Origin: a virus
Lineage: Duplodnaviria > Caudoviricetes
Length of the DNA: 64,000 nt
Reading direction: 5' to 3' (one strand)
IMG/VR virus record: IMGVR_UViG_3300032004_000001
Coordinates: 23,149-87,148 of that record
Made by a program: the position numbers and the translations under genes. Of the stretch, positions 9,637 through 18,726 are shown one piece after another; the first letter of the stretch is position 1, and every line of letters starts with the position of its first letter. A model generated the notes under the pieces. That model had not been told where the DNA came from. It saw only the letters and a program-made list of their open reading frames with translations, and ran no database searches.

Positions 9637-10700
9637 AGAAGCTGACCATTTTCACCGACCCTCACCTGGGTACAGCCCGCCAGGCGCACACGACTCGCGA
9701 GTCGTCGGCGCTGCTGCAGCTGTCGCTGTACCACCAAGCCATGTCCATCGTCTCCACCGCCGAGAACCCGGTCATCTGCGTCGGTGACCTGTTCGACAAG
9801 TCGTTCAACAAGGAGGAGGTCATCGTCCAAGGCTACAACGTCGCCAGCGCCTGCTGGATGACTCTGGCCGGCAACCACGACGAGACCAACCGTGAAGGCA
9901 GCGTGACGTCGCTGCGGGCGATCCGTGACATGGGAGCGCCGGTGTGTGCAGCGCCTAACCTGACCGATCCGTACTTCGATTGCTTCGAATCGATCTACAT
10001 GGTCCCCCACCACGCCAGCCAGGAGGTCTTTGAGGTCGCCATGCGGGACGCTGCAGCGCACGCTGCCCAGCACCGCGATGGCCTGGCCAGCTACCTGTTC
10101 CTGCACTGCAACTACAACTTTGACCTGGCCACCACGGACAACACGCTGAACCTGACCCGGCATCTGGCGCAGGAGCTGATCGGATCGTTCGACTACATCT
10201 TCATCGGCCATGAGCACAACAGCTCGACTGACCTGGGTGGCCAGGTAGTGGTCCTGGGTAACACCCATCCAACCAGCTTCCACGACGTCGGCGACAAGTT
10301 CATCTACCACTTGGAGCTGGACACCGCCGAGCTGACCAAGGAGCTGGTGTGGTCGGAGAAGGACCACTACCGCGAGATCAAGATCGGCGGCGAGATCCCC
10401 GACCTGGCCGGCGTACAGTTCGTCGACGTGGTCGGTGTGGACAGCGTGGCCAATGCCGTAGAGATCAGCGAGTTCATCCGTGAGGTGTGGAAGGCGGCGG
10501 AGTACGAGGCCCACGATCAGACCTGCTGCGAGATGTTCGCCGTGCGCAACAAGGTCGAGATCCTCGACTCGCTACAGGATGTGGACACCGAGATCGAAGG
10601 GGTTGTCGCTGAAGACCTCAAGACCCGGATTGCCCGGGAACTGGCCGGCACCGACCTGGCGCCGCTGTTTGATGAACTGGTATCGAAGGTGACAGCGTGA
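9633..10700 (+). CDS. sbcD: SbcD/Mre11-like metallophosphoesterase nuclease
   Basis: DPHLG, GDLFD, AGNHD, FIGHEH; the cognate SbcC lies 1.6 kb downstream. Confidence 0.92.
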   Translation: MKKLTIFTDPHLGTARQAHTTRESSALLQLSLYHQAMSIVSTAENPVICVGDLFDKSFNKEEVIVQGYNVASACWMTLAGNHDETNREGSVTSLRAIRDMGAPVCAAPNLTDPYFDCFESIYMVPHHASQEVFEVAMRDAAAHAAQHRDGLASYLFLHCNYNFDLATTDNTLNLTRHLAQELIGSFDYIFIGHEHNSSTDLGGQVVVLGNTHPTSFHDVGDKFIYHLELDTAELTKELVWSEKDHYREIKIGGEIPDLAGVQFVDVVGVDSVANAVEISEFIREVWKAAEYEAHDQTCCEMFAVRNKVEILDSLQDVDTEIEGVVAEDLKTRIARELAGTDLAPLFDELVSKVTA

Positions 10701-10855
10701 GGACCATAGAGCTGGCCGTATCGTTTCCGCCCAGTAACAAGGGCAGCGAGACGATTACCTTTGAGGTGGAGGATGACGCCACCGAGGAGCAGATCGCTGA
10801 GATGGCCGAGGCGGAATTCTTCAACGTGTGCAACTTTGGATGGGAAGAAAAATGA
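10697..10855 (+). CDS. small acidic hypothetical protein (52 aa, absent from ORF track)
   Basis: GTG overlaps the sbcD TGA and its TGA overlaps the next ATG; MRTIELAVSFPPSNKGSETITFEVEDDATEEQIAEMAEAEFFNVCNFGWEEK. Confidence 0.7.
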   Translation: MRTIELAVSFPPSNKGSETITFEVEDDATEEQIAEMAEAEFFNVCNFGWEEK

Positions 10856-11226
10856 TGACTCTTCAACTGCGCGTAGGATTCCCCAATAACTTGAGCTTCG
10901 CCCAGCTTCGCGAAACCAGCGTACCGCGCTGTGAGGAAAGCTACTTTCCCCTCATGAGCAAGGACGGGCCCTGGTGGGGCAACGCCATGGCCGGCGAGTG
11001 CGGGGAGGCCTGCAACGAGGTCAAGAAGATCGACCGCGACGGCTGGACCCCTGAACGCCAGCAGAAACTGGCCAAGGAGCTGGCGGACGTCGTGATCTAT
11101 GCTGACCTGCTGGCAGCGCGCTTCGGCATCGACCTAGGGCAGGCGGTGGCCGAGAAATTCAACGAAGTGTCGCTGCGCGTCGGTAGCGATCGGACTCTTC
11201 CGGTAACCAAAGGAACTGAACAATGA
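10852..11226 (+). CDS. MazG-like NTP pyrophosphohydrolase
   Basis: AMAGECGEACNEVKK...KELADVVIYADLLAARFGIDLGQAVAEKFNEV. Confidence 0.88.
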   Translation: MMTLQLRVGFPNNLSFAQLRETSVPRCEESYFPLMSKDGPWWGNAMAGECGEACNEVKKIDRDGWTPERQQKLAKELADVVIYADLLAARFGIDLGQAVAEKFNEVSLRVGSDRTLPVTKGTEQ

Positions 11227-11561
11227 ATATTCGCAACCTGGCAGTGGGCAAGAAAGCCCTGATCAACACGGATCAGTGGTTTGTGGCTCCGGATGGTCAG
11301 CAGTACAAAGCGGTGTTCGGCACCATCAAGAGCGTCCTGGACTCCACCGAAGCCCTTGGTGTTCGCACCAACGCTAAGTCCACCAACTGGTACGTGGAGA
11401 TCGGCAACCTGACGGTCGCTGGCTGCCAGATCCACTACGCTGTGCGGACTGATAGCTGCAACCTGGGCGTAACCGACAACTACGAAGTCAAGGATGGGGC
11501 ACTGCTGGAATTCAAGCAGCCCTCTCGGATCTACAACGCAGACGGAGATTACAACGTATGA
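11223..11561 (+). CDS. hypothetical protein
   Basis: ATGA overlaps on both sides; codon bias. Confidence 0.8.
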   Translation: MNIRNLAVGKKALINTDQWFVAPDGQQYKAVFGTIKSVLDSTEALGVRTNAKSTNWYVEIGNLTVAGCQIHYAVRTDSCNLGVTDNYEVKDGALLEFKQPSRIYNADGDYNV

Positions 11562-12079
11562 ATGCCTTCCACAAAGTTCGCAGCCTGTTCGACAACCTGA
11601 TCCAGAAGGCCGGCAAGGTCTCTTCGCTGACCCCTGCGCCGGAGTGGAGCCCGGAGGTCTACGAACTGCAGATCGCAGCCGACGAAGCTGCGGTGTTCAT
11701 CACGCCGGACAACGCCGGGGAGCAGAAGCTCGAGGACCTCTTCCACTACAACGGCCTGACGCCCAACGAAGCTGAGCGCCTGGCTATCCTGGCCGAGGAG
11801 ATGGGCGAGGCACTGCAGATCGTTGGCAAGATCCTGCGCCATGGCTATGAGAGCACCAGCCCTGTTAGCACGGACCTGCGTACCAACCGCGAGATGCTGG
11901 CGCACGAGCTGACCGACGTTGAGGCAGCCATCACGATGATCGCCCGGGACATCCCGGCGATTTACCGGCAGCCGGAGCACGACATCGAAATCAACAAGGC
12001 CATGCTCAAGAAGCTGATGTGGTCTCACCACCAGAAGTCCGACTTCGCCGAGTTCATCGAAGCGATGGACAAGCTGTGA
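11558..12079 (+). CDS. MazG-like domain protein with N-terminal extension
   Basis: ERLAILAEEMGEALQIVGKILRHGYES...NREMLAHELTDVEAAI gives EExxE / ExxD spacing of all-alpha NTP-PPases. Confidence 0.7.
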   Translation: MNAFHKVRSLFDNLIQKAGKVSSLTPAPEWSPEVYELQIAADEAAVFITPDNAGEQKLEDLFHYNGLTPNEAERLAILAEEMGEALQIVGKILRHGYESTSPVSTDLRTNREMLAHELTDVEAAITMIARDIPAIYRQPEHDIEINKAMLKKLMWSHHQKSDFAEFIEAMDKL

Positions 12080-12081
12080 GC

Positions 12082-12270
12082 ATGGGCCAATATCGGACTG
12101 GGCCAATATCGGACAGGGCCTCATCGGCCCTTCTCCACTACTTCGCCCAGTGCGGTCACACCCAGGAGAAGATGGACTGGCTGATGGAACAGATCCGCGA
12201 TCCACAGCCGGTCAACCTGAATCCCGCCCTCTTATCCCTGGCTGTAGCCGACGCCATCAAATCCATGTAA
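12082..12270 (+). CDS. hypothetical protein
   Basis: Starts at the upstream stop; good codon bias after the 5' 16-bp duplication. Confidence 0.55.
   Translation: MGQYRTGPISDRASSALLHYFAQCGHTQEKMDWLMEQIRDPQPVNLNPALLSLAVADAIKSM
12083..12114. repeat. 16-bp tandem direct repeat TGGGCCAATATCGGAC x2
   Basis: Exact duplication read from the sequence, followed by a partial AGGGCC. Confidence 0.9.
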
Positions 12271-12288
12271 TCTCGCTAACTAGCGACA
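12268..12288. promoter_or_regulatory. palindromic motif copy (TAATCTCGCTAACTAGCGACA)
   Basis: Consensus copy directly upstream of the sbcC RBS AGGAGG. Confidence 0.65.
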
Positions 12289-12309
12289 TATCCCTATCTA
12301 GGAGGCGCC

Positions 12310-14589
12310 ATGCGTCTGTTGTCTATCGTCACCACGAATTTCAAGAAGCTCGGCAGCATGACTGCTGACTTCACCCTGGGCCTGAACGTCATCGCCGGCG
12401 ACAATGCCCAGGGCAAGTCCACGCTGCTCGAAGCGATCGGCGTGTGCCTGTTCGGCGTCAGCATGTCCTCTTCCAAGAAAGAGAACATCCCTACCTGGGG
12501 CCAGACCAAGTTCGAGATTGAGCTGGGCTTCCAGCTGCCCTGCGGTACCTATTCCCTGACCCGCAATGGCTCGACGGCCAAGCTGCTGCGCCTGCCAACC
12601 GAGGCCGGCGCCAAGCCTGAGATCGTGGCCAACGGGAACACTGCGGTGACTGACGAAGTCGAAAGCCTGCTGGGCCTCTCGGCCAAGGATTGGAACCTGT
12701 TTGTCCAGTCCGAGCAGGGTTCCTCGGCCGGCATCCTGAAATACGGCGCTGCAGCGCTCAACCGCAAGGTTGAAGAGTTCGCCGGTGTCGACCTGATCGA
12801 CAAGGTCCAGGCTGAGGCCCAGCGCCAGTCGACCACCCACACCGGCAAGGCCGACGCCAAGTCGGTCGACGAGGAAGTGCTCAAGGCAGCTGAGGAAGCC
12901 CTTGCAGCCGCCGTTTCAACTGTCAACGAAGCAAGCGCTGCCGTGACGGCCACAACTGATGCGCTGGAACAGCACGGAGAGTTCAGCGCTTCACAGCCTG
13001 CCTCTTCCGCAGCGATGCGCCAGGCACTGGCCGATGTCGTCACCCTGTCCAACAAGATCGGAGTGGCAGAGGTCCAGGTCAAGAACATGCAGGAGCGTGT
13101 CGACGAGGCCAAAGCGCGCCTTGAAGGTCGCTCCCTGCAGGACGAGGCTGCCCTGCGCGCTGAGATGCAACAGGCGCGTAACACTGGCGGCGAGTTGGCT
13201 GTTGCCGAGAAGAACCTGCAGGACGAGCTGGCTCACCGCAAAGCTGTGCAGCAGGACACCGACGAGTCGGGTCTGGTATTGGATACCCGTCAGGTGGAGT
13301 TCAACGCTGACTGGGCTGAGTTCGAGGAGTTCGAGGAGGACGAGGTCATCGCCGAGATCGCCCTGCTCGACAAGGCCATCCCTGCCGGTGAAACCGATCT
13401 GGCCGCGCGCCAGGAAGAAGTCGGCAAGGCCAAAGGTGCCTACGACAACCTCAGCATGCTCTCGGCCGGCGCCGTGTGCCCGACCTGCAACCGGGCCAAA
13501 GAAGATCACGACCCTGCCAAACTGGCCGAGGAGGCGGAGGAAGCCAAGCAATACTGGGAGACCCGCAAGGCTTCGGTTGCTGAGCTGCAGAAGGACATCA
13601 CCGCCTGCAAAACTCGCCGCACGGAGCTGCAAGGCAGGCTGGCTGCCTACAACGCAGCTGCAGCTGCGGTTGACAAGGCCGCGGAGGGCTTCAAGTCGAA
13701 CACAGCTGCCCTGGCGGGCCTGCGCAAGGCAGAGGTGATCCAAGCCGAGCTGGACGCCGCTACCGCGGAGCTGACGGCCTCTCGCGAGGCTTATGCTGAG
13801 CTCAACGCCAAACTGAAAGGTCTGACGGCAGCAAACGAGGCGTTCAACGCCGACACCGAAGCACTGGCAAAGGCTGATAAGGCGTTGCTGGCCAACGAGG
13901 TCACGCTGCAGCTGCTCAACGACGAACTGGAGGCTATGCCTGAGCCGCCTACCGACGCTGAGGTACGCGCTGCTGAAGTGGCTGAGACAGCCTACCAGGA
14001 CGCCCTGAACCGCTGGAAAGAGAAGCGTGCCGAACTGCAGGCGGCCGTCAACGCTGCAGCACTGGAGTTGAAGCACTGCTCCCAGCTGCGCGACCTGGCC
14101 GAGGAGAAGCTGACCGGCCTGCAGGCTGACATCGCTGCAGCGCTGGAACACCAGGTGGCCGCCAAGAAGTACAGCCGCCTGGTCCAGTTCCTGCGTGAGC
14201 GTCGCCAGCAGTACCTCAAAGAGGTGTGGGACACCATCCTGGGCGTGGCCAGCAAGCTGGTGCGCACTGCCTCCAAGGATTTGATCACCCGCATCGGCAA
14301 CGATGACGGCGAGTTCCAGTTCGAGGAAGAGGGCATCATGGCTCCGGCATCGAGTGCCTCGGGCGCGCAGAAGGCTATGATTGGTGTGTCGCTGCGCATT
14401 GGCCTGGCCCGCGCGCTGTACGGCAAGGACAGCCTGTTGATCTTCGACGAGCCCACCGAGTCGTGCCGTGAGCACAACGCAGCCTCCCTGGCTGCCATGA
14501 TCGCCGGTAGCGCCAAGCAGGTGCTGCTGATCACCCACCGTGAAACTGACCAAGCGCTGGCGGAAAACATCGTCAACGTGGGGAGCTGA
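12310..14589 (+). CDS. sbcC: SbcC/Rad50-like SMC ATPase
   Basis: Walker A GDNAQGKST, Q-loop VQSEQ, long coiled coil, zinc hook CPTC, signature SGAQKA, Walker B LLIFDEP, H-loop LITH. Confidence 0.95.
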   Translation: MRLLSIVTTNFKKLGSMTADFTLGLNVIAGDNAQGKSTLLEAIGVCLFGVSMSSSKKENIPTWGQTKFEIELGFQLPCGTYSLTRNGSTAKLLRLPTEAGAKPEIVANGNTAVTDEVESLLGLSAKDWNLFVQSEQGSSAGILKYGAAALNRKVEEFAGVDLIDKVQAEAQRQSTTHTGKADAKSVDEEVLKAAEEALAAAVSTVNEASAAVTATTDALEQHGEFSASQPASSAAMRQALADVVTLSNKIGVAEVQVKNMQERVDEAKARLEGRSLQDEAALRAEMQQARNTGGELAVAEKNLQDELAHRKAVQQDTDESGLVLDTRQVEFNADWAEFEEFEEDEVIAEIALLDKAIPAGETDLAARQEEVGKAKGAYDNLSMLSAGAVCPTCNRAKEDHDPAKLAEEAEEAKQYWETRKASVAELQKDITACKTRRTELQGRLAAYNAAAAAVDKAAEGFKSNTAALAGLRKAEVIQAELDAATAELTASREAYAELNAKLKGLTAANEAFNADTEALAKADKALLANEVTLQLLNDELEAMPEPPTDAEVRAAEVAETAYQDALNRWKEKRAELQAAVNAAALELKHCSQLRDLAEEKLTGLQADIAAALEHQVAAKKYSRLVQFLRERRQQYLKEVWDTILGVASKLVRTASKDLITRIGNDDGEFQFEEEGIMAPASSASGAQKAMIGVSLRIGLARALYGKDSLLIFDEPTESCREHNAASLAAMIAGSAKQVLLITHRETDQALAENIVNVGS

Positions 14590-14590
14590 T

Positions 14591-15049
14591 ATGACCCACG
14601 ACCTGGTGATTACCCGAGCCCACTTCCATTGCGGCTCGTTGGTCGGCCCTACCGAGATCAAATTCACCACCGAAGACGGTGGTGAGCTGGTCTGGAATGG
14701 CATCGTACTGCCATGGGACGAGCCTGTGGTGGTTAGCGTCCCTGGCGACGGTGAGCTGTCCATCGAACACTGTCAGATGTCCACTGTATCCATCTCCCGC
14801 AAGGAGTATCTCATGCGCACAACCCGAATGACCTTCGAAGAAGTGACCGTCAACCCAAGCAAGTCGGGCACCTGCCCGGTGTGCGGGAAGAAGGCCAACC
14901 GCTCCACCAAGTTCATGCAGACGCTGAACCCGTTCAACACGAACGACGACGGCAGCCTGAAGACCCGGGCACAGATCCACGACGAGCTGGCGATCAAGGT
15001 CGCCGAGTGGAGAACCAAGCCCACTTTCCATGCAAAATGTGAGGGATAA
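14591..15049 (+). CDS. hypothetical protein with C-terminal CxxC domain (possible internal start at 14813)
   Basis: ATG at 14591; internal AAGGAG-ATG at 14801-14815; CPVC...TLNPFN. Confidence 0.7.
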   Translation: MTHDLVITRAHFHCGSLVGPTEIKFTTEDGGELVWNGIVLPWDEPVVVSVPGDGELSIEHCQMSTVSISRKEYLMRTTRMTFEEVTVNPSKSGTCPVCGKKANRSTKFMQTLNPFNTNDDGSLKTRAQIHDELAIKVAEWRTKPTFHAKCEG

Positions 15050-15051
15050 CG

Positions 15052-15300
15052 ATGTCGCGCACAATGACGGAAATACCGAAGGCCGGCGAAACCTTCCGGC
15101 ACCAGTCCGGCCGGGATTACACCGTGCTTTGCCTGGCCAAGGATGATGACCGGGAGGAGCTGCTGGTGATCCATAAGGGTGAGGACGGCGCCATCTGGTC
15201 TCGCCCTATCGGCAACTTCATGGGACTGCGCAATGGAATGCCGCGCTTCGAGAAGACTGCTGAGGCGGACGCCTCTGCCCTCGCGAGGAAATTGAGATGA
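15052..15300 (+). CDS. DUF1653-like SH3-fold protein
   Basis: FRHQSGRDYTVLCLA...LVIHK...IWSRPIGNF matches the YrHyKG..Y.V...wvRP..mF pattern. Confidence 0.7.
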   Translation: MSRTMTEIPKAGETFRHQSGRDYTVLCLAKDDDREELLVIHKGEDGAIWSRPIGNFMGLRNGMPRFEKTAEADASALARKLR

Positions 15301-15590
15301 CCCTGGAAGCAGTCCTCGGCGAACGCTGTCAACATTGTGGCCACGTTGAAGAGATGACCCACTGGAACCCACCAGGCAACCTGGCCCCGGTGGGGGCCTG
15401 GATGTACATCAAGCTGCCTGCTGGTGAACAGTGCCACGATGAGAGTGGCTGCGGGGTCGGCATCACGCAATCTGATGCCGTCGTCATCGCCTTCCGGACT
15501 CGGCACCTGTCCGAGCGTGAGGGAAACATGGAGTACCGGCTGCTCGATGGCAGCACGGTCTTCGGCAAGTTTTGGTGGACCCACGCTTAG
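15297..15590 (+). CDS. hypothetical protein
   Basis: ATGA overlap; last plus-strand gene before the convergence point. Confidence 0.7.
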   Translation: MTLEAVLGERCQHCGHVEEMTHWNPPGNLAPVGAWMYIKLPAGEQCHDESGCGVGITQSDAVVIAFRTRHLSEREGNMEYRLLDGSTVFGKFWWTHA

Positions 15591-15591
15591 C

Positions 15592-15621
15592 AACAAAAAG
15601 GGCGGCCCCGGCCGCCCTTCC
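15592..15621 (-). terminator. intrinsic terminator between convergent replication and lysis units
   Basis: Hairpin AAGGGCGGC-CCCG-GCCGCCCTT; on the minus strand it is followed by TTTTTGTT. Confidence 0.8.
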
Positions 15622-15623
15622 CA

Positions 15624-16160
15624 TCACCCACCGGCTACGACCGGCCCCTTCGCAAGACCCTTCAATCCCTTTCGCACCAAATCATAAGCTACTTCACAGC
15701 TGGCGCCGGCGGCTCTGGCTCGGTCAGCCTCTTCTGCCAACCCTTTTGCCAGGTGCTGAGATTCTCCAAGCAGCTGGGAATACAGAAAGGCGGCCGAGGT
15801 TGCTGCCTGGCCTCGGCGGGCAACTCCGGGATCGCAGGCGGCGGCACTGATACGCTGATCTGCTGCTTTGAGCAGCCCAGTAGTGCTGTCGCCAGCAGCA
15901 GCGACGTTGTCAGTAATCTGCTTCTGTTCATCGCGTGCCTTCTTTCCCAGTTCGTTGATCTGCAGCTGCAGCGCCTGCTCCGCCTGCCTGGCCTCTTCCT
16001 TGGCAGCGGCTGTGGCGTCATCAAAGGTCTTTCGCAGCCCTAGCAGGTCCAGGTCGGCCTGCGTGCTACGGATCTGCCAGGCGGTGTACCCGCCCGCCCC
16101 TAGACCGATAGCCAGCGCAGCGCCAACCGCGATGATCAGGACCTTGAGGTCGAACATCAC
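15624..16160 (-). CDS. Rz: i-spanin (Rz-like)
   Basis: N-terminal TM helix, Ala-rich coiled coil, C-terminal RARAAGASCEVAYD; downstream of the endolysin. Confidence 0.88.
   Translation of the reverse strand: MMFDLKVLIIAVGAALAIGLGAGGYTAWQIRSTQADLDLLGLRKTFDDATAAAKEEARQAEQALQLQINELGKKARDEQKQITDNVAAAGDSTTGLLKAADQRISAAACDPGVARRGQAATSAAFLYSQLLGESQHLAKGLAEEADRARAAGASCEVAYDLVRKGLKGLAKGPVVAGG
15689..15931 (-). CDS. Rz1: o-spanin lipoprotein (Rz1-like), embedded in Rz
   Basis: MNRSRLLTTSLLLATALLG-C lipobox and Pro-rich mature part with CIPSC, in an alternate frame within Rz. Confidence 0.88.
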   Translation of the reverse strand: MNRSRLLTTSLLLATALLGCSKQQISVSVPPPAIPELPAEARQQPRPPFCIPSCLENLSTWQKGWQKRLTEPEPPAPAVK

Positions 16161-16702
16161 GCAGCGTCCAACGCTAGCATAGCCCTACTCATACGTTTCT
16201 TGCGGTCCTCAATACCGTTGTAGCCGCCGTTGATTCTCTTGGTCTGCGCCATGATGTCGTTGGACAGGCTGTTGAGCTTGTTCTTCTTCCAAAACCAAGC
16301 TGCCGACAGGGCAGCGTATTTAGGGATCTCCAGCAGCTCCGGTTGCTCGAGCAGGCGGCGGTCACCAAACAGCGCCAGGCTGCAAGCTTCGTAGTTGCTC
16401 TTGCCGGTAACCTGGATCAGGCCGCGTCCTGCGTACAGCTGACCATCCCCGTCCTTCTCAGGCGTGTTGCCCAGTCGTTCTGCCAGACGGCCCGTGTCGT
16501 ACTTGCTCAGGTAGTCGTCACTGCCCATCTCCTTGACCACGCCGAAGCTCAAACTTTCGTGGCCCGTCTGTGCGAGGAAGGAGGCAATCGAGCGAGGGAG
16601 GGTAATGTCAGCGTATTCCAGCGCTGCGTTGATAGCGTCGACCCACTTGTTCGCGCGCGCGAGGGGGATCCCGACTGCTGCAGCCAACGTTTTAGCGTCC
16701 AT
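16157..16702 (-). CDS. endolysin, glycoside hydrolase family 19
   Basis: FLAQTGHES, LGNTP..DGDG.LYAGRGLIQVTGKSNY, AAWFW, TKRINGGYNG; likely start MDAKTLAA at 16702. Confidence 0.93.
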   Translation of the reverse strand: MDAKTLAAAVGIPLARANKWVDAINAALEYADITLPRSIASFLAQTGHESLSFGVVKEMGSDDYLSKYDTGRLAERLGNTPEKDGDGQLYAGRGLIQVTGKSNYEACSLALFGDRRLLEQPELLEIPKYAALSAAWFWKKNKLNSLSNDIMAQTKRINGGYNGIEDRKKRMSRAMLALDAA

Positions 16703-17009
16703 AGGGCATTCTCTTTCGTGCTTGGTGGAGGACTTTTGCGACGTTGCCGCCGTTGGCGACAACCAGGATCGTGACGATGGCTACGAACAACACCAGCCAG
16801 ATTTCGGAGTTCGGGGCTATGTGGGCAAAGCCGGAGTAGCCCTGCGTGGCCAGGGCCAGTGATGTGCCTGCAAGGCCGAAGGCCAGGACACTGGAGAACA
16901 TCCGTGTGCGGTGCTCACTGCTGTAAGCGATCACCGAGAAGAATGTGATCATGTGGAGCACAATGCGAATGCTTAGAAGCACTTCCCCGTAAGTAGGATC
17001 ATTGCTCAT
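16692..17009 (-). CDS. putative holin/antiholin (3 TM)
   Basis: Three hydrophobic helices, GGNVAKVL and a basic C-tail; immediately upstream of the endolysin. Confidence 0.8.
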   Translation of the reverse strand: MSNDPTYGEVLLSIRIVLHMITFFSVIAYSSEHRTRMFSSVLAFGLAGTSLALATQGYSGFAHIAPNSEIWLVLFVAIVTILVVANGGNVAKVLHQARKRMPYGR

Positions 17010-17394
17010 CGCCGCCTCGCTTTAACCGTAGGATTGCGTTAATCATCGAGGACATCCATTGTGGAAGGTCCCCGTCGTTTTTAACCATCAGGTTGAGGGC
17101 ACCGAGAACCGCAGAAGCTACAGCTGCCCCTATGACCGCTGCCAGCATTGAGCTGTTGCTGGAAAACGCAATACCCACAGCGTATCCGAACCCCCAAGAC
17201 ACCACTGTGAGTCCGATTTTGCGAATAAGTTTTAGGAACCAGGAAGATACTACGGGGTCAGGGAGGAGGACGAAGAACACGCACCCAAACGAGGCGCCCA
17301 TCGCCGAGCCAGGGTGCAGCTGCTCGAGTATGGACCACGCGTAGACTGCAGAGACCGTCAGCCACCCTGTACTCGAAGCTGGATCAGTAGTCAT
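16999..17394 (-). CDS. putative holin
   Basis: Multi-TM protein with GSAMGASFGCVFFVL; first gene of the lysis cassette. Confidence 0.78.
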   Translation of the reverse strand: MTTDPASSTGWLTVSAVYAWSILEQLHPGSAMGASFGCVFFVLLPDPVVSSWFLKLIRKIGLTVVSWGFGYAVGIAFSSNSSMLAAVIGAAVASAVLGALNLMVKNDGDLPQWMSSMINAILRLKRGGDEQ

Positions 17395-17478
17395 CAGCGG
17401 CTATTTCCTTATAACGTGTGGCCGCAGGATAGCGGTTTGCCACCTTGTTCACAAGGATCCAAGGTGGTACCGGTCGGA

Positions 17479-17772
17479 TCAGCTTGGGCGAACGGGCCTT
17501 TTACTGGCATCTGGAAAATCTACATGGCCCTCTTTCCAGGCGCGGACTTTAGTTCGGTACGCCAACCATTGTGCGCGAGTGCCTGGCATGAGGTCCGGCA
17601 CTTCTTCCCCTGCTTCGGCTTCTTCGATAGCCATTAGCTGGTTGCCAATGACCGCGATTTCAGCGTTACGCCAAGCATCTTCAATAATTACTAGCTGGGC
17701 GCGAATAGCTGCGGCAGCAGCCTCGTCTTTCATGGCTTTGGTGATCAGTTTGGACCAGTCAATATTGCTCAT
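17479..17772 (-). CDS. tail fibre-associated (chaperone-like) protein
   Basis: MSNIDWSKLIT...WLAYRTKVRAW...FPDASKRP resembles fibre assembly chaperones. Confidence 0.7.
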   Translation of the reverse strand: MSNIDWSKLITKAMKDEAAAAAIRAQLVIIEDAWRNAEIAVIGNQLMAIEEAEAGEEVPDLMPGTRAQWLAYRTKVRAWKEGHVDFPDASKRPVRPS

Positions 17773-17829
17773 TGGGCGCCTCTACTTTGACAGCATTAAA
17801 TACTAAACTTTCACCAGCTGCCTTATTGG

Positions 17830-18207
17830 TTAAACCAACAGGCTGCTCCCTGGACTCAGTTGAGCCTGAGCAAATAAATCTGCTCGTTGTTGCAGTTCTT
17901 CTTCTGTGGGCTCACGGGGTGACGGAAATGCGACCGGACCATCGGGGACGTTTTCCAATGGAACTGGGAATGCCTGTTCCTGGCTATAATTCCACGGATT
18001 TGGTAGCAACAATGTGAGTACTAGCTCACCATTGACGCGATCAATATCGCCTGCGAACCAAAGGGAGTTAATAGCACCCCAAGGCAGCGTGTCACCTTCA
18101 CCAATTGGCGACAGGTCGAAATCTTCACCATTTACAGTAAGGATATCGCCATTTTTGATAACGTCGAGGGTATCGTCACGACGTTGAGGACTTAGTATAA
18201 TTTTCAT
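17830..18207 (-). CDS. tail fibre-associated protein
   Basis: MKIILSPQRRDDTL...NGEDFDLS...ELVLTLLLP..EQAFP; this type usually follows Pseudomonas fibre genes. Confidence 0.7.
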   Translation of the reverse strand: MKIILSPQRRDDTLDVIKNGDILTVNGEDFDLSPIGEGDTLPWGAINSLWFAGDIDRVNGELVLTLLLPNPWNYSQEQAFPVPLENVPDGPVAFPSPREPTEEELQQRADLFAQAQLSPGSSLLV

Positions 18208-18726
18208 TTAGAACCACCTCCCGATAGCTATTTGTAGAACTGTAACAGTTGTAGTTGTAGAAAAGGCCGACACAGGATAGATAACAGGACCACTTGAAAC
18301 TGTACCTACCGCAACAAGCGCGGCCCATACAACTTGCCCACCAGGACCAGAAAGCGATAGTGTGACAGAGGGTAGCGATACGAAAGTACTAGCGTAGGGC
18401 GAGCCAGCTAAAGCACCCCCATAGTAATAGATACTACCTAGAAGCGAAGTCATCGCAATGTTTGGAAACGTAGCAGTGCGATGACAAATCATCGTCCCAT
18501 CAGCGTATTTGATAAAAGTTCCGTTGGTGTTAGTAGAAGTCTCAATAATAGACCCTGTAGGAACACCCCCCGACTGCGAGACAGTCCCTACAATATTCGC
18601 AACAGCGGCGGACCCTAGCCCTAATCCTGTCCTAGCCGCTGATTGCGTAGTACCTCCAGTACCCCCCATAGAAACTGGGACCGGTATACGAAGTTTAGAT
18701 AAGCTTTTAGCCAATGAAATTGTCAT
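18208..18726 (-). CDS. stand-alone tail fibre tip module, paralog of the main fibre C-terminus
   Basis: ATG overlaps the fibre TGA; GTVSQSGGVPTGSIIE...KYADGTMIC...AIGRWF shared with the upstream fibre. Confidence 0.85.
   Translation of the reverse strand: MTISLAKSLSKLRIPVPVSMGGTGGTTQSAARTGLGLGSAAVANIVGTVSQSGGVPTGSIIETSTNTNGTFIKYADGTMICHRTATFPNIAMTSLLGSIYYYGGALAGSPYASTFVSLPSVTLSLSGPGGQVVWAALVAVGTVSSGPVIYPVSAFSTTTTVTVLQIAIGRWF

Noticed and set aside
1-12079. Z-genome or hypermodified-base pathway suggested by MazG-like genes and kinase
   Set aside because: No PurZ, HD-phosphohydrolase, Que/Fol, hydroxymethylase or glycosyltransferase is visible in this window. It cannot be excluded for the rest of the genome.
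1-15600. Absence of helicase, primase and SSB as a biological novelty
   Set aside because: The replication module is cut by the window's left edge, so these genes probably lie outside it.
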